A stretch of DNA of 64,000 nucleotides from a virus (Duplodnaviria; Caudoviricetes), in the IMG/VR virus record IMGVR_UViG_3300032167_000083, positions 24,662 through 88,661 of that record; one strand, 5' to 3'. Of the stretch, positions 60,301 through 64,000 are shown one piece after another. Position 1 is the first letter of the stretch; every line of letters begins with the position of its first letter. Position numbers and translations under genes: made by a program. The notes under the pieces were generated by a model. It saw nothing but the letters and a program-made list of their open reading frames with translations. It had not been told where the DNA came from and ran no database searches.

Positions 60301-63300
60301 ATGGTGAAAATGTAATACGATTAGTGAGAAGAGAAGATTCTAATACGGATGTATCAGGTAATGAAATAGATTTAGCTGATAAGAAAATCAATGGTTTGAA
60401 TAAACCAACAAGAATAAATGGTGCATTTTCTGAATATGATTGGAATACTACTCCTGTAGGTTCTATATTGAAAAAAGCAAGAGAAGAAGGAAAGACTGGA
60501 CCTGTTAGAGTAGTTCTTTCTTTAAACACAAAAGAACATCCATCAAAATTTGATGCAGTTAGTGGAGAAACTTTTAAAGATTTACAACATTTAGTTCTTG
60601 TTGTTGATGATCCAGAAATGCTTAGTAATGGTAGTGTAAGTCCTTCTCAAATGGATGATTTAGCGAATAAAGTAATTAGGGCATATTATGATGGTTCTAA
60701 AGATTTAGGAAAGATTTATGAAAATTATCTAAAAGAAGCTTTTTCACAGGTTAAAAATAAAAATAGTGAATTATGGAAAAGAAATACATCAAAAAGACTT
60801 GGTAATGCTTCTGCTATGAAACTTACAGGTATGAACTATGAGGCATTTATAGGTAAAAAAGGTCTTGATTTATCTACATTAGGAAATACTATATTTTTAA
60901 ATAAAAAACATATGAAGGAAATGATGACTACAAGAGATAGATCAGAAAATCCTGAAATTTTAGCAAGAAATATTGAAAATCTTCAATTCATCTATGAAGA
61001 AATGTTTAAATCAGAAATTGCTAATCAAACTGTTGATACTTTTGATACATTAAAAAATCAAAAAATGGATAGGAAAGGTAACGTAAAACTTAATGAGTTA
61101 GAAGATTTATTGATAAAAAGAATAACTGATGCTGCAGATGTTGATAAAGGTGGAACAAAATCTTTGTCTGGATTATTGTCAAGATATCCTTACACAAGTG
61201 GGTTAGATATATCTCATTCAAGAGTTCAATTAACATCAGATGAAAGTGCTGTTGCTTATGGACACGCTGCAATAAACCCAGGACTTGCAAGAATTTTCAA
61301 TGGTGACTTTGACGGAGATACTTCTTATATTCATTTACCTTGGTTAAGTCAAGAAATTGATATAGATAAAATGAAAAAAGCATGGAGTTCTTACAATACT
61401 ATGTTACAACAAGATGATTTAGTTTCACAAATGGTAGGACAAGAAGTATTGAATGAATATTTATCAGAAAAGGGACAATCAAAAGAAGATCCTCAAGCTG
61501 TTGAAGATGCGTGGAAATTTATAGCCAAAGAACAGACAACAAATAGATTAAACGATAAAATTGCTGCAATAATTGCAAAGTTTAACTTTGGTAAAGTAGG
61601 TGGATTTTCTAATATTGCATCAGGTGTTAGAGAAGCTTTAAGAATAGATAAAAGAGATGAAATGTCGGATGGAATATCTTTAGCAGAAAAACAAGATGCA
61701 TTGACAGTTAGAGCATTTTTTGAAATGATTGAACAAGATGCTATTAGTGCAAAACATGTAAAAAAACGTTTGACTGATAAACATAAAGGTGATGATGGAG
61801 CTGCGACACTATTTCATGAACTCAGTAATTTTTATACTTTATTAACTAAAGGACATATGCTTGGAGAAGAAGATACTGTTGCATTAAAAGGTGATGCTTG
61901 GAGAAAAAAAATTGCCAGTTATGGACAAAATATTGGTATTTTTGGTTCTGATGATGACTTTTTAGATGGTAGACAGGGACAAATTGCTATGGCTAGAATG
62001 TGGGCATCTGCAAATCCAAATACTAAAGAAGGATTAGCTTTTCGTCAAAAATTGATTAATGATGGAGTAGTTAAATTTGATGATATTACAGATGAGAATA
62101 ATGTAAAAAAAGATAAATTCGATCATGTTGGCAAGATTTCAAAAGAATCATTTATTGATGCATTAAGTAGAGTAGACCCAAATAACGATCTTATTTTTAG
62201 ACATTATAAGGCACGTAATTCTATGGGAAAAATAAGTGAAGATTATGCTTTCGATAATTTTGTAAACAGAGGAATGAAAAATAGGGGTATTGGAAAACCA
62301 AATCCAGATGAAGAAGATGGTGGTACTGATACTTCTGGATATGATCAAAGAACTGAAGCTATTAATCGAGAGGCAAAAGCTGAAGCTGATAAGATTAGAA
62401 TATCTAAAGGATTAGAGGCTCAATGGAACAATGAAAGTAAAGCTGCAGGAAATGTTAAAGGTATTATAGCAAGAGATGGTGCATTAAGATCTTTGAGAGC
62501 AAGTTTAGAAGATATTTCTGCATTAGGAAAAGTTACGGCAGAATTCAAGGGATTGCAACATCTGTATAGAGCACATGATGGAAAAAATGAAATTACCAGT
62601 GATCAGTCAAATGCTGCGACTGTAACTCAAATAGCAGATGCTTTATTTGGTGAAAGTTATGAAAAAAATAGTGAATTTTCTGCTATGTATAATGCAATGA
62701 ATCATTTGATTGTAGAGGGTAGTATTCCTGATACATTTAAGCGTTATGATGAAAATGGTAAAGAAATGAGTTTTAAATATAATGAAGATGAACATGATTT
62801 GTTTGAAAAATTTGCTAATTTCACTAATATGAATGTTAAAGATAAAAATAATATGAAAAATCTCATGACATCTACATTAGTTGGAAATATGACACATGAA
62901 ATGATGCAAGTTTTAAGAGAAAATAAAATTTCTGATATTGGAATCTTAACAGACGAAAAAGTAGCTGAAAAAGCAGGAATGAAAAATGTGTATGAGAAAT
63001 GGCAGAAAAAATACACCGATGTTTATAAGCTACAAGCTGATAGATTAGGAGTTGAATTAAGTTCACAACCTGCAGAATATTTAACAAGATTATCTGATTT
63101 AGGATTTGCTGATGGAGGACTTGCTGAAAAATCATTAGCAATACAATTTGGAAAAGAAGGAAACGAACATTATTTGTTTGGTACTTTAGATGCTTATGTT
63201 AATGATTTATTGATTGATTATAAAACTACTGGACATATTGATAAAAGAAAAATGGGATATCAATTAACTGCATTAAGAGAATTAATGGCAGCACATGGGC

Positions 63301-64000
63301 AAGAACTTGTTGATGAGAGTTTAAAATTTGGTGATGGAAAATTTGCAAAAGCAAATGCTGATCAAGATGGTATATTTAGTATAGATCAGTTTATGAATAA
63401 TTTTAGAGGTGTTATTGCTCATACTTTAGATAAAGAAAATAAAGCAGTTTTATATCAGATGGATCTTATGTCTAAAGAAGAATTTTTAGATTATACGAGT
63501 TTATATTATGGAAATGCATATGAACCTGGAAAAGTACAATGGGATCCGATGGACCCTCGAATTATTCAGAGTGCATTTATGTCAGATTATAATAATAAAC
63601 TTCCATTATCTAAACTTATTGATCAAGACTTAAAGAAAGATATGGATTTATTAGAGAAGTTCATACCAATAAAAAATAAAAGAGATTTAGAGTTTAAAAA
63701 TCAGAAGAAAATCTTTTTAGAAGATGATGATAAAGTCAAAAAACTTATTGAACAGTCAAAAGAGGTAAAGGAAAAAAATGCTCCAATTCTGGAAAGAAAT
63801 TTAAAAAGAGATGCTTTAGATAGAGATATTGCAAAATATTCATCTATTATTAATGATGTTAATAATGGTAATTATACAGATGCAGAAAAGGAACGTAAGA
63901 GAGAAAAAGCGAATAGTATTTTAAGAAGATATAGTACTGAAGATAATGAAATTACTAATATTGAACAATTAAGAGTTTTAAGAGCATCTATGGGAGAAAA
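54327..64000 (+). CDS. giant multidomain protein (>3,220 aa, 3' truncated): DEDDh exonuclease + two-barrel RNA polymerase + PD-(D/E)XK nuclease; tape-measure locus
   Basis: AAAGGA RBS + ATG 54327; the track lists no + strand ORF past 54284, consistent with a frame open to the window end; spot translations in this frame give YFDFET/GHNI..FD/HTADYD, SRYP..NGDFDGD and GTLD..IDYKT..YQL. Confidence 0.88.
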   Translation, partial: MAKNKNQRIDFGWENNFGVKTSEDIKDLQEVLQSLNVAKEEYDQYSLSKIKDASQVDKLYTHILTKMNKDGEIEKKIGLEIKRKNDQIQNIQKKTMEVRKVINDVTDGLIQDKEIISRNFLDNQGKVVDEKFFTTKGLSIRSNKNEADPLKVLEEKKRILENSLHERYKYSASRGTVGVEEQIEYFEGFDELYQDQYDEWGKTIDYIDTVIQKINSSNRSDEKKNKEIKRWRDIQDRARKTYQKSAHKNNGTLSSVALNWADIKDGSAKISDFDPYYNLQTAVETMTEELNEKYSTLKGQIIADSKKDYSDKIKKFANGRFTLGKKSTKVEKKLSKDTHLEHIQKTQNLDADALKELDHIFEKGVSVIGRAKEYYDAKYKDTETPEIDLDVARKIRTAFENVEKPIKEVETRKNTRYSGQGVSISNRMKELMNSTGVKTVMDLPKKLAYFDFETIGEDKFATQFSIRYGDQSITKFFKLTEEKAKYINDTLGKLQSSKDGDDNLSRQEKMDLYQMADYSMVTSPDKTKRIVAKHGDYDLSKAIPKHMIQRIKDGIEIMTKGEGIVNLLEYNDTELGVRNFLNTTLKSVVEEGYATTGHNIRTFDNSVFKNIGVDEKLYSNFIDSFEVVKEFYQHGSQRQGKDGKIKTLTGHTLSDLADFFEIDMEKELKKQENKNITQHTADYDTLLQKKIFEKIIKHSNRIKNLNTDKITQDKKAFIRQGNVMVAARNIIRQGSNSFKIDEDGNVDTSSYGKLLMERGGAYEFLGANNDVIDKIVSSWRNVDTGELVYTEHSDMGDLANFISRVGDGIAFNVNDLEQKKKKKDRNNIENPINLKDRAFSRIFNGKHNKLNGYQLLESFYEQFNSEQTNATSGQKQLFKNLDKDKDFKDVIFKLYEQLNDENLTNKEKDFILKKAGSEFITYGEAFTEATIGHLAKTKAEDTVSSYRAAYAEILQEWRNYLPENVYQTALETLKSWNKMSDSEIAEKNGFHWLNKMILDNLNQEEFMKHNNKLGFLNIHRNQLKNGKGKEKKTIDSFVNDYVDNFKKVFPKNKGKTMAVDSLLENGKKLWGQEFEDALTGKFKKTRLDKTKKFGRNSKEWEEYERAYDEATNNQRGIKGNSASILGQLKKLENFFMSSESGRGYGMTLLPSMDGKSIRLGLYSNRKMEDYMTDGELDIEKMASAVIPLDFGDGNIKKGYQDIVNVFSARNDGTREMLTTLNEDAFYSLIQKIMMPESYILRSLDDDKIGLASWAMRKAINDKLVAPSAGTYQRGSDFVDSYDATGATKEQLFAKRTKMGLNGLVTRALKSIGFKSDSDIEKYRQDAIQYMYLLNAGLTKDAEGSLDVFLRDALKLPENKNVGIDAIKKRFETHVGRLVNPHLFNFNLSADKEEAAQEGLASMLSARDLDPSGILHPEANRGIDQSTNNLLLKIMKGFYSYDFKNKTNENVLKKYGVYKNSFTTDIGNINSDIINYDALTHGKFETIQMEEDGLRIVYEEGAKRLQEDIDNELKKTTPDVEKVNEWKKQISHYQTALKNGLYPSVKNDSLIIDKEFAEMLSLESRSHSLKFKDAEEAIRVLRKFNFDDGDKDLQDPIRSLGVGEILKIKDGEDRRFKNVSFSHNWKEMELNSNHMFDKLEKRADGTYLMTYTENKKFDTGTKALFNNRGTFMYLDHYLANIARELFGGGFQTDENGNILRDTEGNKLLKSSASLFIPKRKKSKMREQDLMLYEAGDLYNVLQYAKRYAEEKGIIDPNDETSVENFKNVLSNVLSKNTNLMKNWIQPIRKGTDILFNSGSYEQDGVAIDNFGNHLYGNDIYDENGKIYQGDDATVENKWRLMWQKGYTLNGIRDDRTRLEEGLDEMFHKEYGLAKNSFKNRIPENSILMNFRPANDPHYFKPTGTVSQEDAEKYSRYKVSKNARDSLKRKVGLYSQYLTPEEKTALEEFYEPFTSEKSVDEVAEKLQAEYGGMLTRNLDFMSGNGNKIVEEFANGENVIRLVRREDSNTDVSGNEIDLADKKINGLNKPTRINGAFSEYDWNTTPVGSILKKAREEGKTGPVRVVLSLNTKEHPSKFDAVSGETFKDLQHLVLVVDDPEMLSNGSVSPSQMDDLANKVIRAYYDGSKDLGKIYENYLKEAFSQVKNKNSELWKRNTSKRLGNASAMKLTGMNYEAFIGKKGLDLSTLGNTIFLNKKHMKEMMTTRDRSENPEILARNIENLQFIYEEMFKSEIANQTVDTFDTLKNQKMDRKGNVKLNELEDLLIKRITDAADVDKGGTKSLSGLLSRYPYTSGLDISHSRVQLTSDESAVAYGHAAINPGLARIFNGDFDGDTSYIHLPWLSQEIDIDKMKKAWSSYNTMLQQDDLVSQMVGQEVLNEYLSEKGQSKEDPQAVEDAWKFIAKEQTTNRLNDKIAAIIAKFNFGKVGGFSNIASGVREALRIDKRDEMSDGISLAEKQDALTVRAFFEMIEQDAISAKHVKKRLTDKHKGDDGAATLFHELSNFYTLLTKGHMLGEEDTVALKGDAWRKKIASYGQNIGIFGSDDDFLDGRQGQIAMARMWASANPNTKEGLAFRQKLINDGVVKFDDITDENNVKKDKFDHVGKISKESFIDALSRVDPNNDLIFRHYKARNSMGKISEDYAFDNFVNRGMKNRGIGKPNPDEEDGGTDTSGYDQRTEAINREAKAEADKIRISKGLEAQWNNESKAAGNVKGIIARDGALRSLRASLEDISALGKVTAEFKGLQHLYRAHDGKNEITSDQSNAATVTQIADALFGESYEKNSEFSAMYNAMNHLIVEGSIPDTFKRYDENGKEMSFKYNEDEHDLFEKFANFTNMNVKDKNNMKNLMTSTLVGNMTHEMMQVLRENKISDIGILTDEKVAEKAGMKNVYEKWQKKYTDVYKLQADRLGVELSSQPAEYLTRLSDLGFADGGLAEKSLAIQFGKEGNEHYLFGTLDAYVNDLLIDYKTTGHIDKRKMGYQLTALRELMAAHGQELVDESLKFGDGKFAKANADQDGIFSIDQFMNNFRGVIAHTLDKENKAVLYQMDLMSKEEFLDYTSLYYGNAYEPGKVQWDPMDPRIIQSAFMSDYNNKLPLSKLIDQDLKKDMDLLEKFIPIKNKRDLEFKNQKKIFLEDDDKVKKLIEQSKEVKEKNAPILERNLKRDALDRDIAKYSSIINDVNNGNYTDAEKERKREKANSILRRYSTEDNEITNIEQLRVLRASMGE

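Noticed and set aside
57446-63141. Short minus-strand ORFs listed in the track across 57-63 kb
   Set aside because: They are antisense shadows of the giant + strand ORF, with no RBS or recognisable motifs.
1-64000. Stop-codon reassignment (alternative genetic code)
   Set aside because: Long genes are intact under the standard code, and TAA, TAG and TGA all end genes at sensible operon boundaries.
1-64000. tRNA or rRNA genes
   Set aside because: No cloverleaf with a TTCGA T-loop and acceptor stem was recognised by eye; a tRNAscan-SE run would be needed to exclude them fully.

Overview
This window is part of a large, AT-rich tailed phage genome. The host is probably a Firmicute/Clostridia (sigmaA-type promoters, strong RBSs), and the gene order resembles SPbeta-like phages. 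1-16.3 kb (minus strand): small early/accessory ORFs (DUF4313-like, XRE-HTH, NADAR, YopX-like, P-loop kinase). Their intergenic spaces hold a type III hammerhead ribozyme, a twister ribozyme and a four-copy covarying stem-loop motif that I do not recognise. 16.8-54.3 kb (plus strand): HAD nucleotidase; a YonO-like single-subunit RNA polymerase split by a LAGLIDADG-encoding group I intron; HU; phosphoesterase; holin; terminase with a class 3 mini-intein; portal, head and tail genes; beta-CASP nuclease; ClpP; RecU; tyrosine recombinase; fibre-like genes; NlpC/P60 hydrolase. Main finding: a giant ORF missing from the ORF track (54327 to beyond 64000, >3,220 aa) sits at the tape-measure position. 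It carries in frame a DEDDh 3'-5' exonuclease, a two-barrel RNA polymerase with an intact NGDFDGD site and a PD-(D/E)XK nuclease. The phage therefore appears to encode two different RNA polymerases, one possibly delivered by the virion as part of a multi-enzyme tail/ejection polyprotein. All calls come from manual motif reading; no database searches were run.
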